This document shows positions 1-9,773 of a stretch of 64,000 nucleotides of DNA, one piece after another. Below the pieces are notes generated by a model that did not search any database, was not told where the DNA came from, and saw nothing but the letters and a program-made list of their open reading frames with translations. Source of the DNA: a virus; the IMG/VR virus record IMGVR_UViG_3300017991_000049, positions 64,001 to 128,000 of that record; one strand, 5' to 3'. Position numbers and translations under genes: made by a program. The stretch's first letter is position 1. Every line of letters starts with the position of its first letter.

Positions 1-178
1 ACGCAGGCGACGACCTCGTGCAGGTTCTGGTGCTGCTGCCGCACCAGCTCGAGATTGGCCTGCGCCATGGCTGCGAGCGGAGCGCTTCCACCGTAGTAGT
101 CCGTCCACAAAGACCCTAGCAGCCCTAAAACTGCATCTGGAGTCGGTAGGTCGAGCGTGTTGGCTAGGTGGTGTGGCA
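1..178 (-). CDS. Partial CDS: N-terminal ~59 codons of a minus-strand gene that continues past the left window edge
   Basis: Reverse-complement frame from the ATG at 176-178 runs stop-free to position 1 (MPHHLANTLDLPTPDAVLGLLGSLWTDYYGGSAPLAAMAQANLELVRQQHQNLHEVVAC). Same strand as all neighbours. Absent from the ORF track because it is truncated. Confidence 0.3.
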
Positions 179-243
179 TGCTTATGTCACTTCTGCATTA
201 TTGTCACGGTGGGGGTAAAAATAGCATTAACTGTCCGGATTCG

Positions 244-270
244 TCGCAAACCCTACGCCTATAGGGGTTT
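244..270. promoter_or_regulatory. Palindromic hairpin element GCAAACCCTACGCCTATAGGGGTTTGC
   Basis: Near-perfect inverted repeat (8-9 bp arms) with an inner CCTATAGG palindrome. Lies between the stop of 366..1865 and the start of the partial gene. Could be a terminator or operator. Confidence 0.4.
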
Positions 271-365
271 GCGTTAGTCACGATGCGCAATTACTGTTTA
301 GTAACGGGTTTGGCCGGGGTCCTTATGTCAGTCCTGGGTCATGCAAAAAGCGCGGTGACTCAACA

Positions 366-1865
366 TTATGCCGATACGATGTGCACATTGCGGAGTGCGA
401 TGAACGCCGCCATGGTCTTGTCGTCAACGGTGTCTCCCTGGATCAGCACGTTAGAGACAGCTGTGGAGTCTGGCAGCGCCCGCGCGAGCGCGAACTGCTT
501 CGGCTGTACGCCGATCGGCAGCCCGTTTATGTACGCGACGGCCGCGCGCTTGAACTCGTCTTCGTCTACCTCGGCGGTCACGTTGATCCGCACGGTGACC
601 AAGGCTGGCTTCACAGCTTTGATCAGCACATCGAGGCCAGGTTGACGGACTGCCGGCTTATCGACTGCAGTCTGAATCGTATCGACGTCAGGCATGACAA
701 GCACGGTCACGATGAAGGCCTTCTTGTCGCCGACACTGAGGCCGAGCGTCTCGATCTCCTCTTTGAACGTGATTGTGGCTTCCTGGTAAGCGCTGTACAG
801 CCCTTCGTCTACCGTCTGGACGTCCGGCACAGCGCCTGCGGTATTCATGCTGCGGACATCGTCCAGGATCGTGCAGCCGTCGGCGGTGTGTGGCAGTCCA
901 GGCGCACGGATGTCACGGACCAGATAGAAACCAGGCGCGTCGTCGCGCGCCAGCGTGACTTCCCAGGTAGCCTCCGTTGGCGTCTTGGACAGCAACGTGG
1001 CGTTCTTGGTGATGCCGCGGCTCTTCGGGAAAGCTCGCGTGCGCACGTAGACGTCCAGCTTGCCGCCGCCAGACACGGTACCACCGCGCCGGTCTCGTAG
1101 CATTTCAGGATCACTCGCACCGATTACGGCCACATCGAGCACGTTGAATGTCAGGCTTTTGATTAGCGCCTTGACGCTCTCAGGACTGCCGAAGCCAGGC
1201 ATCGCGGCGCCGGTCTGCATCTGCTGCACTAGCTCCTCGTTCGACTGCGCTACGTTGCCGCCAGCGAAGTCTTCCGTGGCGTACGCCAGCAGAACACCCG
1301 GCGGGCTCGGTACTATGGTGAGCTTGTCGAACTGCGCCAGTACGGCGTTCTCGTGGATCTCGGCGGCCATGACAGGTACTTGCACGGCGAAGTTGCCGTT
1401 GTCCAGCTCCTCCGAGCGCACATCGTATGTGCCGAGGCTGCTAGTATCAGGCGCTTTCACGCTGACCGGCCGTGTGGCGTAGAACAGTTGCCCGTTGGCG
1501 CGGAACTTCGTGCTCGTGCCAAAGTTGATGCCACTGGCTCTGTCCATTACGACGGTGACGCTACCGGCCGCCTTGGTGGACACACGCCGGGTGATGCGAT
1601 AGTTGGACGCCAACGCGTCGACAGCAGTCGGAACTGCTGCGTCGGGCTCTTGGGCCAGCTCCAGCGCCGACATAGACTTGCGCAGCCGTTCGATCGCCTC
1701 CATGCTTGCGCCCTGCAAGATGGCGTGCAGTTCTGTCACCAAGTCACCGAGGACACCCCTGCGGGCATTCAAGTCCGGACACTGCTCTTCGACCATCTGG
1801 GCGATGATGGCGTAAGCCGCATCGACGCGGTCGTCGTCAATCTCATTCAGTTCGGGCCAGTACAT
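366..1865 (-). CDS. Hypothetical virion structural protein (tail or baseplate-like, 499 aa)
   Basis: Long ORF with non-artifactual composition at the distal end of the structural module. Any baseplate-J resemblance is subjective only. Confidence 0.55.
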   Translation of the reverse strand: MYWPELNEIDDDRVDAAYAIIAQMVEEQCPDLNARRGVLGDLVTELHAILQGASMEAIERLRKSMSALELAQEPDAAVPTAVDALASNYRITRRVSTKAAGSVTVVMDRASGINFGTSTKFRANGQLFYATRPVSVKAPDTSSLGTYDVRSEELDNGNFAVQVPVMAAEIHENAVLAQFDKLTIVPSPPGVLLAYATEDFAGGNVAQSNEELVQQMQTGAAMPGFGSPESVKALIKSLTFNVLDVAVIGASDPEMLRDRRGGTVSGGGKLDVYVRTRAFPKSRGITKNATLLSKTPTEATWEVTLARDDAPGFYLVRDIRAPGLPHTADGCTILDDVRSMNTAGAVPDVQTVDEGLYSAYQEATITFKEEIETLGLSVGDKKAFIVTVLVMPDVDTIQTAVDKPAVRQPGLDVLIKAVKPALVTVRINVTAEVDEDEFKRAAVAYINGLPIGVQPKQFALARALPDSTAVSNVLIQGDTVDDKTMAAFIALRNVHIVSA

Positions 1866-1874
1866 CAGTAACTC

Positions 1875-2300
1875 CTATGTTGGGAGCGGCAGAATGAACT
1901 GCATCGATTCAGCCTCTGTTGTCAGCGTGATCACGAGCTGCATGACGCCTGGTTGGACGATGATGTTGTTCAGCTGTAGGCGTTTGAAGCGCTGCTCAGG
2001 CGGGTCGTCCTCTGTCTCTTCCTCCTGCATTGCCGCAGCGATATGGCGCGCGGCCGATTGGAAGTGCGCCGCCACGTCGGACTCGGTGAACATGTGGCCC
2101 TGCTGCCACAGCGTCATGAATGGGCACGCACGCGGCACCTCGCGGCCGAACGTGTAGCGCTGACTGCCGGTCTCGGTCAGCAGCACGCACAATACGCGTT
2201 GCAGCACGTTGTGGATGCCGGAGGAAACACCGCCGTCATCAAACTGCGAGAGGACGAAACCCTCCTCGTCGACGCTCCAGGCTGTTATGTCTTTGCTCAT
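1875..2300 (-). CDS. Hypothetical protein (~142 aa; start re-picked at internal ATG)
   Basis: The ORF-track N-terminus (Arg-rich) overlaps the upstream gene. An internal ATG at 2298-2300 overlaps the upstream stop as ATGA. Confidence 0.45.
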   Translation of the reverse strand: MSKDITAWSVDEEGFVLSQFDDGGVSSGIHNVLQRVLCVLLTETGSQRYTFGREVPRACPFMTLWQQGHMFTESDVAAHFQSAARHIAAAMQEEETEDDPPEQRFKRLQLNNIIVQPGVMQLVITLTTEAESMQFILPLPT

Positions 2301-2731
2301 GTCGTCAACATCTCCTGGATGAATGCCTCCACAGAGCCCTTGTGTACGCCGTTGGCGGCGTCTCCGTGCGCCTTGCGCCGCCCCGACAGCAACATGCACG
2401 CGCGTGTGGGTGTGCGGTGACGCTCGCGGAACGAGCGTTCCATCATGGCCATGTAGCCGATCTCGATACTGGTACCCGCTGCGATCCTACTCTTGTTCTC
2501 ACCCGCGCCTGTGAACTCGTCGATGTAATCCTGGTTCACGTCCGTACGGTCGAACGGGTCGCCCATATCGGGGATGTCCGTAGGGTCGAACGTCCAGCCG
2601 GGTGTCTTCCCACTTGGGATCATCCACGGCCGCTGCACGGCGTTACCTTCCAGGTACGATCCGATCGACAATGAGTCGGCCGATACGTCGTCCATCAGGC
2701 TCGTAAATTGTGCGTCAACGGCAAGGGTCAT
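2297..2731 (-). CDS. Hypothetical protein (144 aa)
   Basis: Complete ORF, acidic and hydrophilic. Its stop overlaps the next gene's start (ATGA). Confidence 0.5.
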   Translation of the reverse strand: MTLAVDAQFTSLMDDVSADSLSIGSYLEGNAVQRPWMIPSGKTPGWTFDPTDIPDMGDPFDRTDVNQDYIDEFTGAGENKSRIAAGTSIEIGYMAMMERSFRERHRTPTRACMLLSGRRKAHGDAANGVHKGSVEAFIQEMLTT

Positions 2732-3471
2732 TAGAGCATCTCCAGGGTATCGCGCTTATCGAGCTTCTGCTGGATTTGCGCCATCCTGTGGCTGACAGCA
2801 GCCGGGCTGATCTTCAGCTGCGCCGCCACCTGGCTGGGCTTGGTTTGCGGGTGCCCGTGCATGCCCAGCACCCGCTCCATGATGAACTGGTTGGTCTCGT
2901 CTAGGTCATCATAAACTAGTTCGAGCCATACGTCAGGGCGTTCTTGCAGCGAACGTACCCGAGGGTCGTAACCTCCGCTGCCTTCGTCGCCCGGCCGGGT
3001 GATCGTGCTCTCGGCCAGGGGCCTGCCGCTACCACGGATATACTGCAGCCGCTTGAGCGACAGCCCGGTGAAGTCCGACAGCTCCTGGTCCGACGGCGGC
3101 CGGCCCAGCTTGTCTTCCAGCTCGTTGACAGCACGCTCGGAGTGCATCTGGTCCAGCGCGACCTGCTCTGGCACGCGGATGATCTGGCGATGACTGGACG
3201 CCGTACGCCGCAAGCGCTGCAGCCGGGACATCATGTGCGACTTGAGCGGACCACGGGCTGGATCGTACGAGTGCAGGGCTTCCGCGGCCATACGCTTAGC
3301 CTGGGACCTGATCGTCACACTCTTGGCCGACGGGCCGGCGTACGCGCGTACGGCCATGCTGATAACCGGATCGAGCGCCTTGAGCATCTGACCTGTGTTT
3401 GCGCGGGACGGATCGGTAGCCCAAGCCTTGTATGGCTCCTGAAAATCGGGCTCTAGCAGGTTTTTCGACAT
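2731..3471 (-). CDS. Sigma-70 family RNA polymerase sigma factor (~246 aa)
   Basis: C-terminal region 4.2-like HTH (ERVLGMHGHPQTKPSQVAAQLKISPAAVSHRMAQIQQKL) and a region 3/4 stretch (GLSLKRLQYIRGSG). Start re-picked at the ATG at 3469-3471, which is preceded by GGAGGT. The ORF-track N-terminus overlaps the upstream gene and looks artifactual. Confidence 0.75.
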   Translation of the reverse strand: MSKNLLEPDFQEPYKAWATDPSRANTGQMLKALDPVISMAVRAYAGPSAKSVTIRSQAKRMAAEALHSYDPARGPLKSHMMSRLQRLRRTASSHRQIIRVPEQVALDQMHSERAVNELEDKLGRPPSDQELSDFTGLSLKRLQYIRGSGRPLAESTITRPGDEGSGGYDPRVRSLQERPDVWLELVYDDLDETNQFIMERVLGMHGHPQTKPSQVAAQLKISPAAVSHRMAQIQQKLDKRDTLEML

Positions 3472-3479
3472 GATACCTC

Positions 3480-5180
3480 CTACGGCGCCGGCGCCGGTGG
3501 CGCGCCGCCACACGAGTCGCTCAGTGTTGGACACGTCTGACCCGCAGTCAAGTTGTGCGAACCTATCCACGGCGTGGTATACAGCGGATGCGCCGTTACG
3601 GTGTAGTCGTCGCTCGCATGCTCGGTAGCCGTGCGGATATGCGACATGCGGAACGCGGTGTAGCACTTCTGATGCTGCGCATCGAAGAAGTGGCTGACGC
3701 GTACCACCGAGCCGTACCGCTTCTCTCCGGCGATCGGCGGCTGGTTGCTGCCCTCAGTGCCTTCGAACGAGATCGTGGAGCCTGGCGCGATGTCAAAGCG
3801 GACCGGACCCACAATATCGCCCCAGCGGTTCTTGAGTATCTCGTTGACGTAGAAGGCGTGGGCCAACTCGTCCAGGATAGTCTTCTGATCGTCTTTGGAG
3901 TCTACCGGGTCTGGTAGAACGGCGTTCGGCGTACCGACGCCTGGGTGGTTATGGGCGTTGCCGCGTACGGTATTGGCGCCGGCGATGCCTACGGAGTCGG
4001 CTGAGAACCCGGATGGTTGCACGTACTCAGACAGGTACGACGGCGCGCGTTTCAGGATAACGATGCCGTCCTCGCGTCCGACATACATACCGCCGATCGT
4101 ATCCTCGACCGTGTCGTCCGGGCGCATGTTGCCGCCAGATCGCGAGCCGTAGCCAGCGAAGAACCCCACAGCCCGGGTTGCGCGCGGCAGGAAGGCGTTC
4201 ATGTCCTGCTGCGACATGTCACGTGTGAGGATCGACGCGTTGGCGCCTCCCGGATTCCACTCAGCACGCAGGCCCGGAATGAACGGCACGATCGCGGCAT
4301 GCGTTGGGTATGGGATGAGCTTGAAGAAGAACTTGGCTGACAGCTCCCCGATAATCTTGTCCCAGAACGTGGTATGCGCCATCGCGTTGAGCGTATTGGA
4401 CCGGTTGGCCGGCGTCAGCGAGCTGACCGCGATGTCGTTGGCGATCGCCATTGCTGCCACGTCGGCGTCGACGCCGCCAGGCACCTTGAAATCCAGTACC
4501 TCGCCGCTGATATTGATCAACTTGAGCGCGGCAAGCGCCTCGTGGTTCTTGCTGTCGTTCTCTGCGTCGCCGTCAGGGAACAACTGAAACTGCGCTGAGC
4601 CGATGCGCGGCAAGCAGCACAGTTCCTCGAACCATGGCATGATGGCGTCACCCCACAGGTCGCTCTGGATATTGGCTGCCGTGACGACGGACTGCGCAGT
4701 CGTCCGGCCCAGCCAGTGCGTCAGCGCGCCGCCCGACGCGTCGAAGTCGATCGCGCTGTTGAACGTGAAGTGCGAAGGGTTCTGCGGGTGCATCATGGCG
4801 TTGAGCGTCGACGAGAAGCTGAGAGCTGACAGCCAATGAGTCATCTCGAGCGTCATGGCGTAGCCGTCGTAGGTTCGCCGATAACCGATGCCTGTCACCC
4901 AGCCACAGAAGATTCTGTACAAACCTGCCGGCCAGATACCAGGCCCGCCAGCCTTGAGTGTCGATGTGACGTAGACTTGAACCTGCAGCTGCAACGGAGA
5001 ATTCAACCCGCCACCATGGGCGGTCGACGCTACGAGCGTATCGGCCCTGTAGCCGACCGGCAAAACCGCCGTGGCAGTCGGGATCTTGTTCATTTCGTAC
5101 GAACAGCCGAATTGCACCAGCTCGTAGAACGTGCCTCCGATCTGGGCGACTAGTTCGAATTCGATCGCAACGTAACTCAT
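3480..5180 (-). CDS. Large virion structural protein (~566 aa; tail sheath/tubular-like candidate)
   Basis: Long ORF. Start re-picked at MSYVAIEFELV (ATG 5178-5180), which overlaps the upstream stop as ATGA. Function not recognisable by eye. Confidence 0.55.
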   Translation of the reverse strand: MSYVAIEFELVAQIGGTFYELVQFGCSYEMNKIPTATAVLPVGYRADTLVASTAHGGGLNSPLQLQVQVYVTSTLKAGGPGIWPAGLYRIFCGWVTGIGYRRTYDGYAMTLEMTHWLSALSFSSTLNAMMHPQNPSHFTFNSAIDFDASGGALTHWLGRTTAQSVVTAANIQSDLWGDAIMPWFEELCCLPRIGSAQFQLFPDGDAENDSKNHEALAALKLINISGEVLDFKVPGGVDADVAAMAIANDIAVSSLTPANRSNTLNAMAHTTFWDKIIGELSAKFFFKLIPYPTHAAIVPFIPGLRAEWNPGGANASILTRDMSQQDMNAFLPRATRAVGFFAGYGSRSGGNMRPDDTVEDTIGGMYVGREDGIVILKRAPSYLSEYVQPSGFSADSVGIAGANTVRGNAHNHPGVGTPNAVLPDPVDSKDDQKTILDELAHAFYVNEILKNRWGDIVGPVRFDIAPGSTISFEGTEGSNQPPIAGEKRYGSVVRVSHFFDAQHQKCYTAFRMSHIRTATEHASDDYTVTAHPLYTTPWIGSHNLTAGQTCPTLSDSCGGAPPAPAP

Positions 5181-5644
5181 GTGCGTGCGCGCTCCGTGCA
5201 GTCTGCGACGGCCAGCATCAGCCCGCCTAGCTTGTAGGGCAGCTGGTCGTGATTCTTCCACAATTCGAGGAAGGTCTTATTTGGCTCCTGCTCGCCGTCG
5301 CCGAACAGCTCAATATCGTCGTCCACAGTCAAAGTCGTGATTAGCGCTGGCAGCAGTTCTGGAAGGCCGCCATCGGCGGTGTTACCCAGGTGCGCAGCGT
5401 CAAACGGCAGGTACGTGATCCGTGGATCGTATGCCAGCACGTACTCCTCGAGTTCGGTGGCGTGCAGCATCTGCATCACTTGCTGCAGCCGCAGGCCTGT
5501 TACGGGCGGGTTACCGAACACGATGTCGCGCACTTTCTGGACGGCCGCAGGGATTGCCTGCGGGACAAAGTCCTGCGGCACCCACTCGTCGTCGGAGCCG
5601 GTGGCCGCCATGTTGTGCAGTAGGGTTCTTACGTGATTTATCAT
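5177..5644 (-). CDS. Hypothetical protein (~155 aa; start at internal ATG)
   Basis: The ORF-track N-terminus overlaps gene 5641..6111. The ATG at 5642-5644 forms an ATGA overlap with that gene's stop. Confidence 0.45.
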   Translation of the reverse strand: MINHVRTLLHNMAATGSDDEWVPQDFVPQAIPAAVQKVRDIVFGNPPVTGLRLQQVMQMLHATELEEYVLAYDPRITYLPFDAAHLGNTADGGLPELLPALITTLTVDDDIELFGDGEQEPNKTFLELWKNHDQLPYKLGGLMLAVADCTERART

Positions 5645-6111
5645 GGTGGCACGATGGTCTTGAATATGAGCTGGAACTTGGCCAGCCGGGACTTGGGGTT
5701 CATGTAGTCGAACTTGCCGCCGACTAGGAACGCGTCTGCGCTGTACCCGGCGAACACCAACGTAACCGGCGTACCCGTGATCGAGATAGCGTAGGTGTTG
5801 TAGTAGTCCATCGCCGCAGTCAGCCCGTGGCCCGACAGGAAGCATTCCATGCCGCCGATGCCGCTCACGACGACGTCGCCCATCTTCTCGCCGAAGACGT
5901 AGACGTAGGTGTAGTTTCGCAGCGTGAGCAAGAACTGGTAGTTGCCCTGCGTGCGCGCTGACACGCCTGACACCACAGCATGACCTGGTGACGACGGGAT
6001 AGCCGGGTTCAGTGTGAATGTCAACGGAACCGCCGTGCCGGTAGCCACCACGTTCATGATGCCGGTCAGCTCGCCGCTTTTGATGGCATTGGTCCCGAAT
6101 ATGTAGGCCAT
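5641..6111 (-). CDS. Small virion-associated protein (156 aa)
   Basis: Complete ORF with TAATG start/stop overlap to the upstream gene. Composition is beta-rich and structural-like. Confidence 0.5.
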   Translation of the reverse strand: MAYIFGTNAIKSGELTGIMNVVATGTAVPLTFTLNPAIPSSPGHAVVSGVSARTQGNYQFLLTLRNYTYVYVFGEKMGDVVVSGIGGMECFLSGHGLTAAMDYYNTYAISITGTPVTLVFAGYSADAFLVGGKFDYMNPKSRLAKFQLIFKTIVPP

Positions 6112-8174
6112 TATGCGATTCCTCCTGTATCGCCAGGTTGCTCGCTCACACCGTTCATCATGCCTGCTATCGTCTGCGAGTCCCCGTCACCAAACGAGAA
6201 GGACAGCGCATCCGTGTCAACGGCTGTAGCGCCGGCACGCTCTCCTGGCAGGTCTTGTGCGGCATCCGTGCCCGATTCCTGCTCGTCTACCTGTCTTGCT
6301 GCGGCCCTGTCATTCGATACCTCCGTGGCACCCGCAGCAAACGCTGCGGCCTCCTCCGGCGTTTTGACGCCCGATTTGACGGCATGGGCAGCGCGTCCGA
6401 CGAAGTTACGCTGCCCGTCCGCGGCATGCTCGATCTCGTCGTCCACACGTCCCTGGGCCTTGTCTTGCTCCTTATGCGTCTCCTCCAGGGCACGCTTGCT
6501 GTGCATTGCAGCAGCATGGCCTGCGCCACCCCTATAGTTTAAGCTACGAGCCGCTCTTGAGGCAGCGCCAAGTGCCAGTTCTGCCGTGGCCTCGGCGTTT
6601 CTGCCGCCTAAACCCGCCTCTTCAAGGCGCTCAGCGATGGCCTCGATCACTTCCTCGCGGGACGCGCCGGCCATTTCGCGCACGGTGCTGGTCACGATCT
6701 CGCCGGCCTTCCACATCCGCCGGGCTGACGTCCGTTTGCCACGCTGGCGCAACACGCCCGACATCTGGTTAGCCACGGTCCTTCGCATGAGCGGTGCGAT
6801 GTCGGCGTCCCACTGGGTTTCGCGGACAGCGCCGGCCACCTTGTCGCCGTACAGGTCTTTATTCTCGTCGCGCTGATGGATGATCCCGGTGGCCACGGTC
6901 ATGTCGACGCCGCTCTTCTCCAGCGTCTTGCGGAAGGCCGCAGCGTCGTAGAGGTTGAACTCGCCCTCCTCTTTCAGCTTGATATACGCCTTGTGCGCTG
7001 GCGAGCCGTCTCGGAGCATGCCCTTGTCGCCCATCCGGAGTAGCGCTGCTGCGTTGTTGGCAGTCTCGCTGCGTCCGGCCTGCGCCATTAGCTGAGTATC
7101 CTGCTGCATCATCTCGTTAGCGCTGATACCGCCAGCCGCCTGGATGAACCCAGCGCCCTGGCTCTTGGCGTATGCGCCGAAAGCCATACCGTGCTGACCG
7201 GCCATGACGCCCGACATCGCGTCGCCGCCCTTGGCTACCGACGCGGCGCCGCCGAACTGCTGCAGGCCCGCAGCCTCGCCGTAGCTGATGTCGGCCTGAC
7301 GGGACAGCTGCTTGAACATGCGTGTCTGCTGCTCCAGCTGTTCATTGTTGACGCCACGGGAGAACCCACCCATGTTGAGCTGATCGAGCGTCTGCGCCAT
7401 CTGGTCGGCATTCATGGCAGAGTAACCGCCGCCGAGGTCGCGGATAGCGCTCATCGGCTTGGCGAGCCCAGCCTGCCAGTCAGTGAAGTCTTTGCGCCCA
7501 GCTTGGGTCTGGTAGTCGATGTTGCCGGGACCAAGTCCACGCTGCATAGCTGGGGCTACGAACGACGACAGCTGGCCCAGGCCGAAGCCGCGGGTGGCAG
7601 CTAGGCTGCCCTGCGGATGGCTGTACAGATTCTGCTGTGCCGCGCCAGTCAGTTGAGTCGCCGCGCCCGTCAGCTGCCCCGGCGTCATACCTGTGCCAGG
7701 CTGCCCAGGAGTCTGCATCTGGTTACGGAACAGCTCGGAGTAGTTGCCGGCCGCCTGGTTCGCCCCGAGGCCGAGCGCGTCCATCGTACCGCCGGGCATG
7801 AAATTACCAACCAGCGGCGTGATAGCGGCTACCGCCGCGCCGAACTTGTCGCTCTGCAACAGTTCGGACATCTTGTTGCCTTCTTCGGAAGACAACAGCC
7901 CCATGCCGACCAGCCCACCACCCTGCGACCCAGCGTAGCCGTGAATCAGCTCCTGCAGGCTTTGCTGCGCAGCCGCCATGCCGATACCGCTGACGGCGCC
8001 CAGCTGGCCCTGCTCGAACTCGCGGGCGCGCTGGGTGTCCTGCAGGTTCTGCGTAGGCCAGAACTGTCCCAGTGTCATGCCAGACGGAACCATCCCCTGC
8101 CCGAACGTCTGTAGAAACATGTTCAGGAGAGGATTGCTCGAAAAGGCTCCACTAGGGTGCGAAGCGCCTGACAT
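6111..8174 (-). CDS. Gly/Gln/Met/Ala-rich low-complexity virion protein (~687 aa; tape-measure or internal-protein-like)
   Basis: Long biased-composition ORF. Start re-picked at MSGASHPSG (ATG 8172-8174) to avoid a 77-nt overlap with the upstream ORF. Confidence 0.5.
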   Translation of the reverse strand: MSGASHPSGAFSSNPLLNMFLQTFGQGMVPSGMTLGQFWPTQNLQDTQRAREFEQGQLGAVSGIGMAAAQQSLQELIHGYAGSQGGGLVGMGLLSSEEGNKMSELLQSDKFGAAVAAITPLVGNFMPGGTMDALGLGANQAAGNYSELFRNQMQTPGQPGTGMTPGQLTGAATQLTGAAQQNLYSHPQGSLAATRGFGLGQLSSFVAPAMQRGLGPGNIDYQTQAGRKDFTDWQAGLAKPMSAIRDLGGGYSAMNADQMAQTLDQLNMGGFSRGVNNEQLEQQTRMFKQLSRQADISYGEAAGLQQFGGAASVAKGGDAMSGVMAGQHGMAFGAYAKSQGAGFIQAAGGISANEMMQQDTQLMAQAGRSETANNAAALLRMGDKGMLRDGSPAHKAYIKLKEEGEFNLYDAAAFRKTLEKSGVDMTVATGIIHQRDENKDLYGDKVAGAVRETQWDADIAPLMRRTVANQMSGVLRQRGKRTSARRMWKAGEIVTSTVREMAGASREEVIEAIAERLEEAGLGGRNAEATAELALGAASRAARSLNYRGGAGHAAAMHSKRALEETHKEQDKAQGRVDDEIEHAADGQRNFVGRAAHAVKSGVKTPEEAAAFAAGATEVSNDRAAARQVDEQESGTDAAQDLPGERAGATAVDTDALSFSFGDGDSQTIAGMMNGVSEQPGDTGGIA

Positions 8175-8643
8175 AACTCTTTCCCCATTTCGCGAGCTGT
8201 TTACGGATGGCTTCCTTGCCCTTCTCACTTCGAGGATCGCTGAAACGCTTCACATAGGTATTACGCATCTCTTCGTTCGCTATCAGCTGCGCCTGGCGTC
8301 CGGTCGGCACCCACGGCAGTAGCTCGCTGAGAAGCTGGTTGCGCAAAGACTCGGTCTGCTTATGGTGCAGATTGAACGCCATCTGGTCTGCGCCATAGTC
8401 TAGTAGCGCCAGATTGAACTGGTACTGATGCTCCCGCGCCTGAATACGCAGCTTCCGCGCGACATGCTCGACAACGAGGTTGGCTTTACGCCACCATCTT
8501 ATGTCAAGTATATCACCGCCCAGGTCCAACAGCCCCTCGCAATGTGCGTGGAGCAGCAAGCATGTTAGGCGGTTCTGTCGAAAAAATCGGGGTCTTCCGC
8601 CTTCGCTTCCATGTACTGCAGCACCTGGTTGAACTGCACCCAC
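8152..8643 (-). CDS. Hypothetical small protein (start uncertain, probably internal or non-ATG)
   Basis: The C-terminal ~110 aa are hydrophilic and protein-like. The N-terminal part overlaps gene 8565..9761, and no clear ATG follows the overlap. Confidence 0.35.
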   Translation of the reverse strand: MGAVQPGAAVHGSEGGRPRFFRQNRLTCLLLHAHCEGLLDLGGDILDIRWWRKANLVVEHVARKLRIQAREHQYQFNLALLDYGADQMAFNLHHKQTESLRNQLLSELLPWVPTGRQAQLIANEEMRNTYVKRFSDPRSEKGKEAIRKQLAKWGKSYVRRFAP

Positions 8644-9761
8644 TGCGAGCTGATCGCGCGCCGTAGGCTATCGGTGGTGCAGATGTCGTTGTCGATGTAC
8701 TCTTTCAGTGCCAGGATCGGCGACTCGCCCTCATCGACATCGATCGCGTCGACTTCTGGGAGCGTTACAGGGCCTTGACCAGCGCGCGTAACGGACTCGA
8801 CGCCCATGGCCATCTTGTACGTCTCTGCGATGCGCACGTACTGCATGATGTGCTGGATCTTGCCGTTAGCCATCTCCTGGTCGGCCAGCTGCAAAGCCAT
8901 GTCGACCTCCCGCGGCAGCAGCCCGCGGAATACGACCTTGACGCGCCCGCCAAACAGGTTGATCTCCTTACGGAAACGCGCTTCGCCCATGATCGCTGCC
9001 AGGTAGGCCGCGACATCCTCGTTCGTGGGCGTGACCAGTTCGCCGTTCAGGTCGTGGTTGCAGCGCGGGCAGTTGACGGTGGTGCCGGCCAGGTCGCCGC
9101 CAGCGCCTTCGATCGGACCTGCGTCAAACCCGTCCGTCTGCGGTGCTTCGGGTTCCTCGTCGACTGGGTCGGGTCCCTTCTCCTTCAACTTGAACGGTGG
9201 CGCAGGCGGCGCGTCTGCCGCAGCGGGCGGCGCGGGAACGTCGCGCTCGCGCTCGGCCTCAGCTGCGGCCGTGGCTACCGCCACCGCGGCGGCTGCGCCC
9301 GGCTTTGCCATCATGGCCCGCTTGGCGGCCATCCGCTTGTGCTTTGCGGCCTGGCGTTTGGCCGTCATGCTGTCCTGTAGTTCGTCCATTTCCTGGAACA
9401 CGCGCAACGCTTCGGCGCGCTCAGCAGGCGGCAGCGTATCGACGTCCACCGGCTCGGGCGGATCGATAGCTGGCGTGCTAGGATCGATCGGGTTCAGGTG
9501 TGAATGGTCGGCGGCCTTGGCAACCACAGTGGCGACCTGATCCTGCAGGTCGTCGGTGATCTTCACGCTGCTTGGCGCTGCGTCCACAGGCGCTGCCATG
9601 GCCTCCCTAACCAGCACATGCTCCGTTTCGGTCAATTCCTCGGTGCCACGCACCGCATCCAGAGGCACTCTGCCGATTACAGTACCGGGCCGCATCGGGA
9701 GCCCTTGATGGCCCTCGTTGGCGGTCGGGACTGGGAAACGGCCACGTCTTGCCTTACTCAT
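8565..9761 (-). CDS. Ala/Pro-rich protein with a zinc-ribbon motif (398 aa)
   Basis: CPRCNHDL plus an upstream cysteine pair, acidic segments and a poly-Ala tract. Confidence 0.5.
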   Translation of the reverse strand: MSKARRGRFPVPTANEGHQGLPMRPGTVIGRVPLDAVRGTEELTETEHVLVREAMAAPVDAAPSSVKITDDLQDQVATVVAKAADHSHLNPIDPSTPAIDPPEPVDVDTLPPAERAEALRVFQEMDELQDSMTAKRQAAKHKRMAAKRAMMAKPGAAAAVAVATAAAEAERERDVPAPPAAADAPPAPPFKLKEKGPDPVDEEPEAPQTDGFDAGPIEGAGGDLAGTTVNCPRCNHDLNGELVTPTNEDVAAYLAAIMGEARFRKEINLFGGRVKVVFRGLLPREVDMALQLADQEMANGKIQHIMQYVRIAETYKMAMGVESVTRAGQGPVTLPEVDAIDVDEGESPILALKEYIDNDICTTDSLRRAISSQWVQFNQVLQYMEAKAEDPDFFDRTA

Positions 9762-9773
9762 CTTCTTCTCCCT

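Noticed and set aside
283-1871. Plus-strand ORFs 283..645, 381..1100, 1060..1482 and 1353..1871
   Set aside because: They overlap the long minus-strand gene 366..1865 and have Arg/Ala/Ser-rich, low-complexity translations typical of shadow ORFs in GC-rich DNA. No RBS or operon logic supports them.
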